In this document: positions 1-12,834 of the stretch, piece after piece
Layout of the letters: each line of letters starts with the position of its first letter
How positions within the stretch are numbered: position 1 is the first letter of the stretch
Assembly (NCBI GenBank): GCA_964016885.1
Contig: OZ024741.1
Location: 144,026,001-144,090,000, forward strand
DNA length: 64,000 bases
DNA from: Eledone cirrhosa
Taxonomy: Eukaryota
Reading direction: 5' to 3'
Notes under the pieces: model-generated
What the model saw: only the letters and a program-made list of their open reading frames with translations
What the model was told of the DNA's origin: nothing
The model's database searches: none
Position numbers and translations under genes: made by a program

Positions 1-242
1 TTTTAGACAAAATTTCTTAATCCCATAAAAACACAAAAAGTTAGTAAAAAAGAGAGCAGATGATGTCACTCCCAGAACAGGAGGACAGGGATTGGGGAGA
101 TGACATTTTAGATGATGAAGATTGACTAGGATGAGTAACAAAGGCAGAGAGAAAATAGGAAGACAGCAGGTCTGTAAGCTGTAGGCTCTAGAGGATGGAG
201 TGTGTTGGTGAGATACCAAATTCTTGATTATTGAAAATTAAT

Positions 243-423
243 TGTTTCTACTTTTGGCACAAGGCCAGCAATTATCCAGTACATTACTAGTACTTTATTT
301 TATCGACCTCGTAAGGATGAAAGGCAAAGTTAACCTCGGCAGGATTTGAACTCAGACCGTAAAGGGACGTAACTATGCTGGAAAGCATGGCGTCCGACTC
401 TCTACTGATACTGCCAATCCACG
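243..423 (-). mobile_element. tRNA-derived SINE with Meta-like central domain
   Basis: Reverse complement shows A-box (TGGCAGTATCAGTAG), B-box GAGTTCAAATCC, then GTTAACTTTGCCTTTCATCC..GGTCGATAAAA; similar copies at 8.2, 8.55 and 14.1-14.3 kb. Confidence 0.75.
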
Positions 424-719
424 TCAATTTCTTTCATTAGAATTCTCAAAGGGCACAACAAACCATTTTTAAATATGAGACATTGCAAGTGAACTTGGAC
501 AATATCAACACAACTCTTTATCTTTCTCATTCAGGTTTTGTTAGTTGGCAGCAAAGATTTTACTCTTGTTGGAAGACCAGTCTTAAGGTAAGATTTCTCT
601 CTGCTTTACAAACATTTTACCCATCACACCACATCCCACTCCTCCATCCTCCTTTGTTCCTGGAAGTAATCTCACCTACTTTCAGAGGACCATGTCTTGT
701 TCATATGTTCCATATTTGG

Positions 720-790
720 TATGGCTTCTATGGCTGGATGCCTTTCCTAACACCAGTCACATTACAGGTTGCATTTTATTATTGCACAAT
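720..790 (-). mobile_element. RTE 3'UTR / SINE tail remnant
   Basis: GGCTGGATGCCTTTCCTAACACCA matches the conserved 3'UTR motif of the young RTE copies in this window. Confidence 0.55.
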
Positions 791-1261
791 CACTAACATT
801 TTACTAAATTCCTCCAAATTCTTGATTATTTAAAAAATTATTTGACAATTGTAAGCAGTGTCTTTCATTAGAAATATAGTAATGAAACGGTTAATATGAT
901 ATTTGTAACAACTTAAAGATTCTATCAAATCATGTTAAAAGATTATAAAGTGGGTGATTTTGATTTATGGAACTAGTAGTAGTTTTGAGTGAGATGATAT
1001 TAAAAGGGTTATGGTGCACCGCATCCCCCACCTACCATAAAGTCTGCAAAAGAAAAAAATTTTGGAATTGCAGGTACATTTAATTTGAATAAAATAGTGC
1101 CTTTCTTTCTTTGATGTCCATGTGTTTATTTTGCTTCATATTTAATCCAGCCCTGATACCAAGTATTGAATACTAAAAAAATATAACCCAAAATGTATAT
1201 TACATTAAGTATTGTGTACTAGATATTTATTACACCATGTATTGGGTATTCTATTTTTCAG

Positions 1262-1365
1262 TCCAAATATTGTTCGGGTTGAGGCAACTGTTACTGAGAA
1301 AACTTTGTCACATTCTAAAGTGAAACTCTCATATACTGCACGGAAACACAATCGCAAATTTAAAT
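1262..1365 (+). CDS. penultimate coding exon of unidentified gene (PNIVRVEATVTEKTLSHSKVKLSYTARKHNRKFK)
   Basis: TTTTTCAG acceptor ending 1261, GTAAGT donor at 1366, open frame that splices in phase to 1515-1612. Confidence 0.7.
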
Positions 1366-1514
1366 GTAAGTGTTGTCAGCTTTAAAGAAATACTTTTATA
1401 TTTATAACCCAATTTATAACTCAGATAGTTGAGGTGAAGTAGTGTAGTTTCAGTGTTGTTTTCATATTTTTAAGAGTAAAATATTAAGTGATTGCTTTTT
1501 CTTTCTGTTTCCAG

Positions 1515-1612
1515 TGTTGAAAGATCTTCAAACAGTCCTTGTTATAAACAATATAGAAGTTAATCCCAATGGACTCACCTCCGACACATCTGACATCATA
1601 TCAGCTTCTTGA
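1515..1612 (+). CDS. terminal coding exon of the same gene (LLKDLQTVLVINNIEVNPNGLTSDTSDIISAS*)
   Basis: Polypyrimidine tract + CCAG acceptor ending 1514, in-phase continuation, TGA at 1610-1612. Confidence 0.7.
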
Positions 1613-1665
1613 TAATCCACTCATTTATTTGTGCATTCATTGTTATTTTGACAGTGTAAATAGTT

Positions 1666-1671
1666 AATAAA
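1666..1671 (+). promoter_or_regulatory. polyadenylation signal AATAAA
   Basis: AATAAA about 55 nt after the stop codon of the terminal exon. Confidence 0.5.
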
Positions 1672-1764
1672 CAGATTTGACTAAAAAGTTGTACTCTGTC
1701 GAATTATTTTAAATGTTAGCGAATTTCAGCACCTTTAATAATAGCAGCAGCTGCAGCAGTATTT

Positions 1765-2160
1765 CCTACTTCTGTTCCATCTTAACCTCTATCTTACTCA
1801 TACCTCTGTTTCTACTGTTACCTCTATCTTAGCCTCTTCTTTGTTCTACCTTCATCTCTGCTCCACTTTCACCTTTATCTTAGTCTTATCTCTATTTCCT
1901 ATCATAGCCTCATCTCTGTTCCGCTTTCACCTCAACACTCCTACCTTTAATTCTATCCTACTCTCACAACTGTCTCACTCTCACTTCTATCCTACCAACA
2001 CTTTTGTCACACCTTTATTTGTATCCTACCCTCATCTTTGTTCCCCTTTCAGCTCTATCTTAGCCTCATCTCTTTTCTACCCTCACCTTTATCCCACATT
2101 CACCTCTATCCTATTCATACTCCTGTCCTATCTTTACATCTATCCTACAACCACCTCTTA
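1765..2160. repeat. C/T-rich low-complexity degenerate repeat
   Basis: Recurrent CCTCTATCTTAGCCTC / TTCACCTCTATC motifs. Confidence 0.6.
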
Positions 2161-3799
2161 ATTATTGCTGAAACTGGAAACACCCACTTCAATATTTCTT
2201 GTAATAGACTCCCACAATCTGGTTCAGCACTAACAGTGAGTTGGTTGTGTGATTTACACAGAATTTCCTTTCTTGGCAGGCTTCTTTTCCCACTTTAAAG
2301 ACAATAAGTAGTTTGTTGAAGGAGATTTCACTGTAATCAATGAACTGTGAATGTATAAACAACTCCCTGCAATCCAGTTTGTAATAAATTAACTTTATGA
2401 ATATGCAGATCACTCTACAATATGAACATTATTTTAAAAATGTTAATAACCACTGTAAAGTTGTTAGTGTTAGGAAGGGCATCCCATTGTAGAAAAGTTG
2501 CCAAATAGAGGGTTGAGAGGTCTCTTCAGTTGTGTGAAGAGCACAACAACTTTCCTAGTGCTGGTGCCATGATAAAATGCACCCAGTATATTCTGTAAAG
2601 TGCCAGAACATACATATGTAGATGCATGTATGTATAACTCTTTTACTTGTCTCTTCTGACATACAGGGATATGGTGTACCTTTTCTAACCCAGGTACATG
2701 TAGGTAACCAGGTACACATGATATTTCTCTTAAAATACATCAATGTTGTATAGGAACATACTCAGACATCTGCTGCATGAAAAACAATTAGCAAAATGGA
2801 TGCTAACATAATTAATGTAATGAACTGCCCCTAAAAAAATAAATTAAATAAAAATAAAATTTAAAATAACACCTTGAGTAAGAACCAATCATCATCTCAC
2901 TAATTAATTCTGGCCAAGAAAAATATGTACATTCTTCTATACTAGCATGGGTTGGGTAGGTGTCTACAGATCAGTGGTGTGCAGAAGTTTGGTGATACCC
3001 AGAACCTACTCTTTAATTGTATACCCCCTAAAACTCAAGTATAGGGCCTTTTTGATCTGAGCAGAATTTTGGGTGGGTACATTACTGTGTAGCTGTACTG
3101 AATGAAGAATCCTGCATGATACATTGGTTGGATGTTCTCACCATCTTCCTCGATATGGATGTGTGTGAGTGTCACATACTCTGCCCCCCCCCTCTCTACA
3201 TGTTACTGCTACACACCAATTAAGTACTTAATCAGACGGGTTGTGGTATCACATTTCGCTCTGAAATGTTCTGTCTTGACATTGTTTCAACGGGTGGATG
3301 CCTTTCCTAATGTCAACTACTTTGCAAAGAGTATTGGGTATTATTGTCATCTTTGACACAACTGAAGAGTCCTTTCTATCCTTTTTCGATCACACTGTGT
3401 TTTCTACTATTGCCTCGGGTTAACCAGCACTTTGAAGAAATAGGCAAATAAATACTGCATGGAAGCCTGTCAAATGTGTGAATGTAGGTTTTGTCAAAAC
3501 GTGTTTCAGAAAAAACAAATAGCACTTGCTAAGATTGATTATGTTTAACTAATGGGCCACCAGTCAATGTTGTTAGTCATTAACAAACAAAGGAAAGATA
3601 AGTTTAATTACTTTCTATTTCACGATGAAGTATTTTCGTTAATTTCACTGCATAACGAAAGTAAATAATACAAGGGGCGTAACTCTACGTTAATAAATGA
3701 AAACGTTTTAAATGCAATCGCCTCAAATTACGTCGAAACAAACTATCTAATTGAAAAACGTTCGCCTGTGTGTGTATTTATTACATGTAATCCTGATGG

Positions 3800-3932
3800 T
3801 CAAGTTTAAACGCGGAGACCTGACCTACTTTGCTGAGAGTTATGAGCGAGACATGGCATTGCTCACAACAGGACAACTCGTCTAACCCATGCTAGCGAGG
3901 AAAAATAGACATTAAACGGTGATGATGATGAT
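3800..3932 (+). mobile_element. RTE LINE 3' end remnant with (GAT)n tail
   Basis: CACAACAGGACAACTCGTCTAACCCATGCTAGC...AAACGGTGATGATGATG resembles the RTE-B 3' terminus at 57600-57685 and abuts a TA run. Confidence 0.7.
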
Positions 3933-3944
3933 ATATATATATGT

Positions 3945-4384
3945 AGAAGTTATATTTAATTTGTTGGGATACAACAAGCAAATATTTTTATAACTGATAT
4001 AAAGCACTCAACAAATTTTTGGAGTAAAAATACAATATTAACAAATGGAAACTATATTTATAAAACCATATTTATTTCATTATACATATTTCAAGGACAC
4101 CAAAGCAAATTATGGTGCGCTTTCATCAGATGAAATATAATATATAATAAACCTCTCCGACACTAATTTGCATAATAGACCAATAATAAAATTAGTAACC
4201 CCACTCTCCGGGAGCTTCCAACAGACATGGTCGCATCCTTTTAAGGGTATGTCAATATTTGTTTATAAAACTGATCTATATTATATTTTATCTGATGAAA
4301 GCGCATCATAATGTGCTTTGGTGTCCTTGAAATATGTATAATGAAATAAATATGGTTTTATAAATATAGTTTCCATTTGTTAAT

Positions 4385-4390
<6 letters not shown>
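3945..4390. mobile_element. fold-back non-autonomous Penelope-like pLTR element flanked by (TA)n
   Basis: ~4030-4145 is an inverted repeat of ~4275-4390; each arm has a hammerhead core; related pieces at 4620-4875, 5320-5468 and 6045-6193. Confidence 0.6.
4284..4348 (+). ncRNA. minimal type I hammerhead ribozyme
   Basis: Stem I TATTTTAT/ATGAAATA, CTGATGA at 4292, irregular stem II, GAAA at 4329, short stem III T-ATGT-A, then UA cleavage site; mirror copy on minus strand ~4073-4137. Confidence 0.6.
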
Positions 4391-4456
<66 letters not shown>

Positions 4457-4572
4457 GAGGGTCATGTTGGCAATAAGAAACACACGCACCAGTTGCTTTC
4501 ATTTCAATTTATTATAAATTAAATTTATAAATTTCCTGTTGGTTGGTTGGTGGTTCCACAACCAGACGATTG

Positions 4573-4620
<48 letters not shown>

Positions 4621-4872
4621 AAAGTTCTGTTTAAATTGTTGGGATACAACAAGCAAATATTTTTATAACTGATATAAAGCACTCGACAAATATTTGGAGT
4701 AGATATACGATATTAATAAATGGAAACTATATTTATAAAACCATATTTATTTCATTATATATATTTCAAGGATACCAAGTTATATTATGGTATGCCTTCA
4801 TCATCCATAATATAACTTGGAATCCTTGAAATAAATATAGTTTTATAAATATAGTTTCCATTTATTAATATC

Positions 4873-4933
<61 letters not shown>

Positions 4934-5001
4934 AAAAATTGATGAGCAGAACAAACAAACATTAAACAATCTTTTCTAGTGCTCAATGAGATATTTACCT
5001 C

Positions 5002-5041
<40 letters not shown>

Positions 5042-5135
5042 CGAAGGAAGTGTGGTAAGGAACCAGGTGGACCATAACGCACCAGAGTATTCGATATTCG
5101 ATACTTTGGGTAGTAGAGTGGGTCCTGAACCTTTT

Positions 5136-5192
<57 letters not shown>
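4390..5192. repeat. cluster of (TA)n tracts separated by short inserted elements
   Basis: Five TA runs separated by 90-250 bp inserts; 4453-4575 begins TTGGGAGGGTCAT like the pLTR end of the 23-27 kb Penelope element. Confidence 0.8.
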
Positions 5193-5195
<3 letters not shown>

Positions 5196-5364
5196 TACAA
5201 TAACAGAGATAGTTTAAAGCTAAACTCTGACTGGTAACCATCTCACTCAACAAACATTAGGTTATATTTAAATATAAACCCAATTTAAGTGTTTGGGGTG
5301 CTAACAATATGTATAATGTGGAAAAACCAGTTGTATTATTTTATGAGATATAATTAACGTTAAA

Positions 5365-5423
5365 GTATATCTGATGATAGCGTACCAAAATTTTGGTACT
5401 CTTGAAATATATATAATAGAATA
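5365..5423 (+). ncRNA. degenerate minimal hammerhead ribozyme
   Basis: CTGATGA at 5371, hairpin GTACCAAAATTTTGGTAC, GAAA at 5404, TATATA-TA; stem I weak. Confidence 0.4.
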
Positions 5424-5489
5424 AATATGGTTTTATAAATATAGTTTCCATTTATTTAATATCATTGTATGTATGTATGTACGTATGTG

Positions 5490-5745
5490 TCTGTTAAGTA
5501 TTTCCGTAGAAAAAGTAAAGGAAAGAAGAGTGCTTTATGTATGGTACATAGGTATTTAATTACATAATAAACAACACGGTATAATTATTCCACTACCGAA
5601 GGTTTCGGAAAACTAGGCGATTCTTACAGAAATGTCCAGCCCGTTCGTCAGACACAATAATTATTTTGTCTGACGAACGGGCTGGACATTTGTGTAAGAA
5701 TCGTCTAGTTTCTCGAAACCTTCGGCAATGGAATAATTATACATT
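5490..5745. mobile_element. fold-back pLTR fragment of Penelope-like family 2
   Basis: Near-perfect palindrome 5581-5741 with CTGACGA...GAAACCTTCGG(T/C)A in both arms; 5490-5610 resembles 49745-49870. Confidence 0.6.
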
Positions 5746-6204
5746 ATATATCTATATGACCGAGCTGCAACGAAGGTCATTGCAATTCCAAATATTAGGG
5801 AACGAAAACCTAATGGAATTTCATCAAGTAAAATTATTTTTAATGTATTATACAAAAATAAATATTGCATTAAAAGATTCAGTCCCTTACTATATTAAAT
5901 TTTTTGATATGATAAACAAGGGTTCCTGGCTGAAATTTTTAGCCAGGGGTGACATGCAACCATAACCGCCTCTGCATATGCTTACAAACATAGACAACAA
6001 AAACACACAAATACATACGAGTATACACACACACATATATATATAAGTAGAAGGGATATTTAATTTGTTGGAAATTCAACAAATATAAATGTTTATAACT
6101 GATTCAGAGCACTCGACAGTTTTCTGGAGTAAATATTCAATGATAATAAATATGGTTTTATAAATATAGTTTCTATTTATTTAATATCATTGTATATATA
6201 TATA

Positions 6205-6340
6205 TAATTACATCAGTGACATAAACAGGTACTTAAGTTTCGTTGTGTTCTGGACCCCTACTAATTCAACCTGTCATAAGTTGGGGTTCAGAACCCAACG
6301 AAACTTAAGTACCTGTTTGTGTCACTGTTGTAATTATTTA
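6205..6340. repeat. ~130-bp hairpin with partial hammerhead motif
   Basis: Arms TAATTACATCAGTGACATAAACAGGTACTTAAGTTTCGTTG and its reverse complement; GTTGGG..CCCAAC-GAAAC-TTAA-GTA present, CTGANGA degenerate. Confidence 0.65.
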
Positions 6341-6681
6341 TACTAAACTCGTCCTATGGACTGAGTGCTCTTACCCTTGGATATCTTTACCAAACTTTTA
6401 CTACAGTATATATATAGTACGGACGATAAATAAAACACCAGTAACGCACTGGATCGATTTTCTCTTCTCCCAAGATTGCTGGCCTTGTACCTAAAGTAGA
6501 AACAATTATTAATATGGATTAAAGTTTGATCTGTACTAATAATAAGTATTTGCTCTACGGTTTTACATATATACTTATTCAATCGTTTTCGAACCCTCTT
6601 CGGATTTTGGTCTTCGTAATTATTATTACTATATATATATATATATATTTGTTCGAAATTCAACAAATACTGGTCGGTCAA

Positions 6682-6716
<35 letters not shown>

Positions 6717-8164
6717 TATTGTGTGTATTTGTCACATGGCAGATGGACAATATTACTTATCGAGGATTTAAAAAAAATGTTATTCTGGTCGACTATACAC
6801 ATCAGCGGATAGAGATTAAAATTTCCCAACGTATAAATATCTATAAATGTATATATAAATCATCATAAACAATTAATCTGGGATTTATCAAAGAATTCGC
6901 TTCTATATTTCAAAACTAACTGTAGATATAGATAGAAAGGATACGAGATTGAATAAAAAGCGCGCGCTTTTATATATAAACAAATAAGAAGCGGGATTTA
7001 CTAATGATAAGTATCAGAGTGTATACTTGAAAGTATATTTATGAGGCTATGCTCTATCTTCATTTATGATTTCGTTGATATTTATTATAGAAGCACATGG
7101 AGAGAAAAAAATTGTGATGTTCATGCCTTTCTGAGCACAACTGTGAAATGAAGCTGTCAGAATTACAATTCTCGAAGAGACTACCTAATTTAATTTTCTA
7201 CGTTAGTTAAATTATGAAAATGGAATAAATATAAACAAAAGTACATTCAATACTAAAATTAAATACTTTGTTGTACAACTAACTTAATACGAAACTGCTG
7301 CTGACAATAATTTTTGGAAGGCGGGAGTTACAAAGGGGAGTGTTATAGAAACAGAAACTAACTTTGTAGTGAGTATTGTTGACAGGAGTTACCAAGGTGT
7401 TAGTGAGTATATTATAATAGTAATTCATACATACACACACATATATTTATATGTATATATATATATATATTTATATATATATAAACAAACTGTATATATT
7501 GCACATTTATTACTTTGGTCATATTGTTTTGATGAGACTAGGACTTTGAGACGCGAGTGTAGTAAAATGGCTTTCGTGTGAGAATCGAAATCGAGTAACG
7601 AATTCAGTTTGCATAGGTTTCATTAAATATTTAACAGTTTTTGTTGATCAGTTCATATCTACACAAATTTGCTTCAGTCGAACTATGGAAAAGGCATAAC
7701 CTTTAAATAATTGTTCTATCAGCTTTATTGTGTGACATTCTAGAATTTAGCGCTTAAAACGGTTGGTCTCCATATTAAATATTGCAAAGCAGAAATTCCT
7801 TTTTGAGTTGGTTTCCCTCACCCCCTTTAAAAATAGTAAATAGTTTCTTGAGGGATATTTAACTGTTATATGTTCAGCTGATTAAGTTGTTACATAGAAG
7901 CTTTCCCAATTTAAGACAGTAAAAAGTGGTGAGTCACCTCTGTTGAATTCTTAACATGTTACATAATTACCTATATATTCTCCACCTGGTTTACACAATC
8001 ATCTATTTACCCCATATTTCCTAATCACCTATATAATCTCAATCTCTTCACATATTATCCTAGTGTCTAAATGAAACCAATTAATACATTCTTTTATAAT
8101 CCGAGATCGACATTATCTTTCATCCCCTCGGAATCTATAAAAAAAATTAGTACTAATACACTGA

Positions 8165-8375
8165 TGAAAATCTGTTTAGTCGATATTTTATGCACAGTAG
8201 AGTTTGGGCGTCGGCATTTATTTCGTCTCGTTACATTTTGATTTCAAATTCTGCTCAGATTAACGTTGCATTTCATCCTTCCGGGGTCGATAAAACACCA
8301 GTCAAGTACTAAGTTGATTTAATCGACTATAATCATCCCCCGAATTTGTAGCCTTCTGCCTATGTTAGACATTAT
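8165..8375 (+). mobile_element. degenerate tRNA-derived SINE (Meta-like)
   Basis: TTCAAATTCTGC..TTGCATTTCATCCTTCCGGGGTCGATAAAA. Confidence 0.6.
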
Positions 8376-8528
8376 GGATATCATTGACAATAGAATCCTC
8401 TGTCAAGAAAACAAAAACATTTTGTTTAATTCACTAATACATTGATGAATCTGATGAATCAGACAATACATATTTTATTTTCTAAAGAGATCTATTGTCT
8501 ATGATACTTGAAATAACTAAAAATTATT

Positions 8529-8715
8529 AGGTGGGTGGTGTAGTGGCAAAGTCAATAGAGGGATGAAACGCCCTCTGCTATTAGTTCGGTTCTTTAACGT
8601 TCCGCGTTCAAATCCCACCGCTGTTAACTTTGGTTTTCAGCTTTCCAAGGTCGATTTAATCAATAAGCACCCGCCTCAGCATAATTTGTGGTCTTGTACC
8701 GTTAGAAAAATCATT
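8529..8715 (+). mobile_element. degenerate tRNA-derived SINE (Meta-like)
   Basis: A-box-like TGGCAAAGTCAATAG, B-box GCGTTCAAATCCC, GTTAACTTTGGTTTTCAGC..GGTCGAT. Confidence 0.55.
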
Positions 8716-8800
8716 ATAGTTCAACTGTAGGATGGTACGTTTTCTGTTATGAGTTCAAATCCCGCCAGTTATTTTTAAGGTGTTAAAAATGGAGGGATTA

Positions 8801-9519
8801 TTATAGAACATCACCTTCGATTTCAATGGGAAAAAACATTTTTTCCGTGTGCTATCAACTTCCAGATGCTGGCAACCGACTTTTCCCCGGTAAACGGAGA
8901 GGGTGGGGTACCCCTCCTCGGAGTTTTCTCTACGATTTTTTTTTCGCGTATTATCAACGAATATGACCTCCAAACCAGTCAGAAACTACTAGCTTTGTAC
9001 AAAAAGGAGGGCGAAAAGACCATCGGAGTTTCGTAGAGCTACACACCTCTCGCGTTTGGTAGGAAACAATTATCTTTCCTCAATTTTTTTTGGACATCTT
9101 AGATGCTTGCAACCGATTTTTTTCAAAGGATTAGGGTTAGGTTTAGGATTTTCTTTTTTTGTGAAAAAAAATCGATTGCTAGCATCTAAGAGATCTAGGA
9201 AAAAACCCCAAAACATGCAAAGATATTATTTCCTATTCAACGCGAGACGTGTACAGATCTGCGAAACTCCGATGGTCTTTTCGCTCCTTTTCACCCTACT
9301 TTTTCTACAAATCGTTTGAAGATCACATTCGTTAAATAACATGCTTTAAAAAATGTAAAGAAAACTTCGGAAATGGAGGGGGCACTCCATCCCCTCCGTA
9401 TTCCGGGAAAACAGTCGATTGCCAAAATCTTGGAGGTCAGATTACTTGATAGCACACGAACAAAAAAAAAACGAGGAAAAAATTTTTTCCCCACTTAAAT
9501 CGAGTGGGGTATTCTATAA
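8801..9519. mobile_element. ~720-bp palindromic fold-back/MITE-like element with telomere-like centre
   Basis: Long imperfect inverted arms (GCGAAAAGACCATCGGAGTTTCG vs CGAAACTCCGATGGTCTTTTCGC; CGTGTGCTATCAA vs TTGATAGCACACG); centre TTAGGGTTAGGTTTAGG at 9131-9147. Confidence 0.7.
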
Positions 9520-10556
9520 ATTTTCCAACGTTTCATGAGTTAAGAATTTCCCAAGCTCAACGTAGCTTTTCATAACTACGCCTTCATTGTTTAAAAGTAG
9601 TCAACAAAAATGATTATTCCTTCCTACAAAAATGATCATTTCTCCCTCTAACAATAAGAACACGAGTTAATGAAAGGGCCTTTCAAGTAATACATTGGAT
9701 AATAGTCTGGCATTTGTGTTTGATAACGATCGTGACTAGCTACGCGATTGATTGAGTTTTATGTGCCCGAAGGACGCACGTGGCATGTGGCTTTATTTGG
9801 TACCGGCTGACAGGTTTTTGTAGAGGTCACATTAGGTTTCTATGGCCTGAATATGAGGTTTCTGTACTTTTATTGACGAAAGTTCGCCATAGGAGTCTGC
9901 ATAAAATATAGATCCTTTTGGCTTGAATGGCATCATTGTGTTTGATCAGGCCAAATTTGAAGTTTAACAACACAAAACCCAAGTAATATTTGTCTGTGGC
10001 ATTTCTTTCTCTTTTACAACTTTTTAATTATTATAGAAAGGCATAGGTACAAAAAGACCATGACTAGAGGAGTAAAAATAACAGTTGATAAAAGCATTCA
10101 ACTATCTTTGCTATTTTTTAGACACCCTGTATATATGGGTGCCGTGTTTACTTAAGTTTAAATGGAGACAAGTATGGTTTTTATGTGATATTTTTCACCA
10201 AGATAACTTTCAACATAATTTATTTCTAAAGGTAATTGTTACAAAATCCTCTATTCAACTAAGCAACATCCTATACCTATCAGGCTGAATTATTTTCTCT
10301 TGCTTTGATTTATAGAAGAGCATGTGTGGTTTATTTACGGTTGTATAAATAACATTACAAATTGTTTATAATTCTTACAGATTGAAAATATTAACACATG
10401 TAATAATTTTTTTTTTAAGTTAGAGAAACCGCAATGATCAGCTGTTCAAATTTCAAACTAGTGTAAAGACTAGTCCAACTACAAACTTGACATTTCAAAA
10501 ATTGGTAAAGTTGTATTGCTTCTGTTTTGTATAGTTTGACAGATTGAATTGATAGA

Positions 10557-10640
10557 ATGAAGAAGCAGCACCGGAATGGTAAAGCAGAGAGTGTCAAAGA
10601 GAACTGTGATGAATGGTTGTCAACCAGAAACCGTAAAAAG
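10557..10640 (+). CDS. first coding exon of gene 2 (MKKQHRNGKAESVKENCDEWLSTRNRKK), possibly AUNIP-like
   Basis: ATG after pyrimidine-rich acceptors, 28 open codons, strong AAG|GTGAGT donor, phase 0 fits the exon at 14942. Confidence 0.6.
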
Positions 10641-11881
10641 GTGAGTTAGTACCACCATATTTCTCTTGTATAGTTGTTTCATTGCATCTCGCTTGTGGTT
10701 TTGCATTTGTACTTCCGTCTGCTGAGATCATGAGACAACATCCATGTTTTGCAAAGAGTAAGATGTGATGGCATGTGGCTTATTCATTAGGATGCTGGAC
10801 TCACATTCATATGGTTTTGGGTTTGATTTCTGGGCTGGTTTCACATATTCTTGAGTGAGAGGCTTTATTTGATATTGCATTTCATGATAGAAACAGAGCT
10901 CCTAATCATTGAAACACTCCTATGTGATACACCTTCATAGGAGGTCAGTTATATTTGTATAGCTGTGAGCTGTTTATTTCAGTATTGTTTTCATTTCATT
11001 TCAGAGGACAGAAGAATGTAGTCTTATATCAATTAATGTTTGTGTTATTTTAAAATTAAAAAAAAAATTGTTTTACAGTTTTATTTTTAATTTTTACCTA
11101 CAGAATTATTGGCAATTACAAATTTTAACTTTGAAGTTATTACTTCATTGTTTCATCATCATTATCATCGGTTTTTACATAAAATTTTCCATGCTGGTAT
11201 GGGTTGGTTAAGACATTTTAAGACCAAATTCTACAGCCATATACTCTTGCAGTAACGTATGAATGAGACATGGTCCTCTGACCCATCTAAGAGGGCAGTA
11301 ACTCCAAATAAGAACCAGTTTGGACTGTAACAGCTTGAGCAGACCATATCTGCACAGAAAGTGGACATAAAATGATAGCATACTTTTTAAAATGTTTCCT
11401 TTTTAGCAAGATATTTTTTGTGATATAAAATAAGTGACCCAGCCCAGCTGTATTCAGTATGACATATTGGGCGAGTTATATCTTTTATAAGAAAACAATG
11501 ATATTAGTTACATTAAAAATGAAATACATAAGAAATATGTTCACAAACATAGGTAAACACCAAAACAAGTTTCTTTCAGATATAGGTGTCAGAAAAAGCT
11601 AGTAATGTGAAATATTATCCATAATATTATCCATACAATCAGAAAGAGAACACTTTTACTTTACGTGTCTTTGTTAATATTTTAGTTTAATAAATAATGG
11701 GTGAAATATCTTTTTGTTTTGTAAAGGATAGGGTGGATACTTGCATTAAACAAAGCTTTGCTTGTTCTAATCAACAATTGTATTTATTGAATGGGAAATA
11801 AGCAATAACCTTGTGGAAAGAGTTAAATAGGGGATTGAGTTGGGAAGGGAGGTACTATGTTTCAGAAGTTTGCTTATATAA

Positions 11882-12450
11882 CATCATCATCACTTTAATG
11901 TCCATTTTTCCATGCTAGCGAGTTGTCCTGTTGTGAGAAATGCCAGGTCAGGTGATCTTGTTTGCTCATCCAGAACTGATTTTGGCTTGGTTTTTACAGC
12001 TGGATGCTCTTCCTAATGCCAACCACATTTACGGTGTGGGCTGGCTACTTTTTGTCATGACATCTACATGACCACTTTACAGTGTGGGTTGGGTGCTTTA
12101 TGTTGTGACACCTATGTGATCACTTTACAGTGTGGGTTGGGTGATTTTTGTCATGTTGCCGTCACAACCACTTTACAGTGTGGGCTTGGTGCTTTTTTTC
12201 ATGCCTCTATCACAACCTCTTTACAGGGTGGGCTGTGGACTTTAGTGGGAAAGGTGTGGCGATTGGGGAGGTGGGTATTTAAGTGTCTGTGAGGGGTGAA
12301 GTGTTTGGATGGGGGGGGGGGGGGGGGTAGAAAGAAGGGGGTGGAGGTGGTGCACACTAGATGTATGTTTCAGCCTGTGTTCATGGGAGGTGTATGGAAG
12401 AGTGTAGTGGAGGTGAAGGTGGTGCACACTATATATATATGTATGTATGT
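11882..12450 (-). mobile_element. old RTE 3'UTR fragment with ~56-bp internal tandem repeats
   Basis: (CAT)n tail at 11882, CAGCTGGATGCTCTTCCTAATGCCAACC motif, four repeats of ACCACTTTACAGTGTGGG..GGTGCTT. Confidence 0.65.
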
Positions 12451-12834
12451 AAATGGTAAACAGAAATAACAACACAATCGGTACAGTATATGGAAGGAAT
12501 ATATTAGGTTAACGCTTGAAATAGCAGGAAGAGGATCTTAATGTTTCGAACGCTAATTTTTCATCAGAAGAAAGAATGAGAAATTAGATAGATTGAAGAG
12601 ATGAGCGGGGTGGAATTGGAAAAAATGTTTTAGAGAAAAGTAACAGGTCCATTCATGTCATCTCTTGTAAAACTATTGATGCTGGCATTTTGTGTATGAT
12701 ATATTCCTTTAGAAAAGTGGATGATGGAACGCATCTACCTGAAATAGAAAAAAACTGTTTTGTATAAAGAGCTATACTTGTGCGTATGTTTGTGTGTATG
12801 TCTGTTATGTCTGTATGAAGCTAAGAGGATGTGA

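Noticed and set aside
7310-7620. Possible promoter or first exon (GGCGGGA, AAAATGGC)
   Set aside because: ATG is followed by an early stop and there is no supporting downstream exon.
9131-9147. Interstitial telomere or chromosome fusion site
   Set aside because: Only about three degenerate units, lying in the centre of a palindromic element.
12535-12575. Minus-strand CTGATGA...CGAAAC hammerhead-like motif
   Set aside because: Stems II and III do not pair convincingly; at most a decayed remnant.
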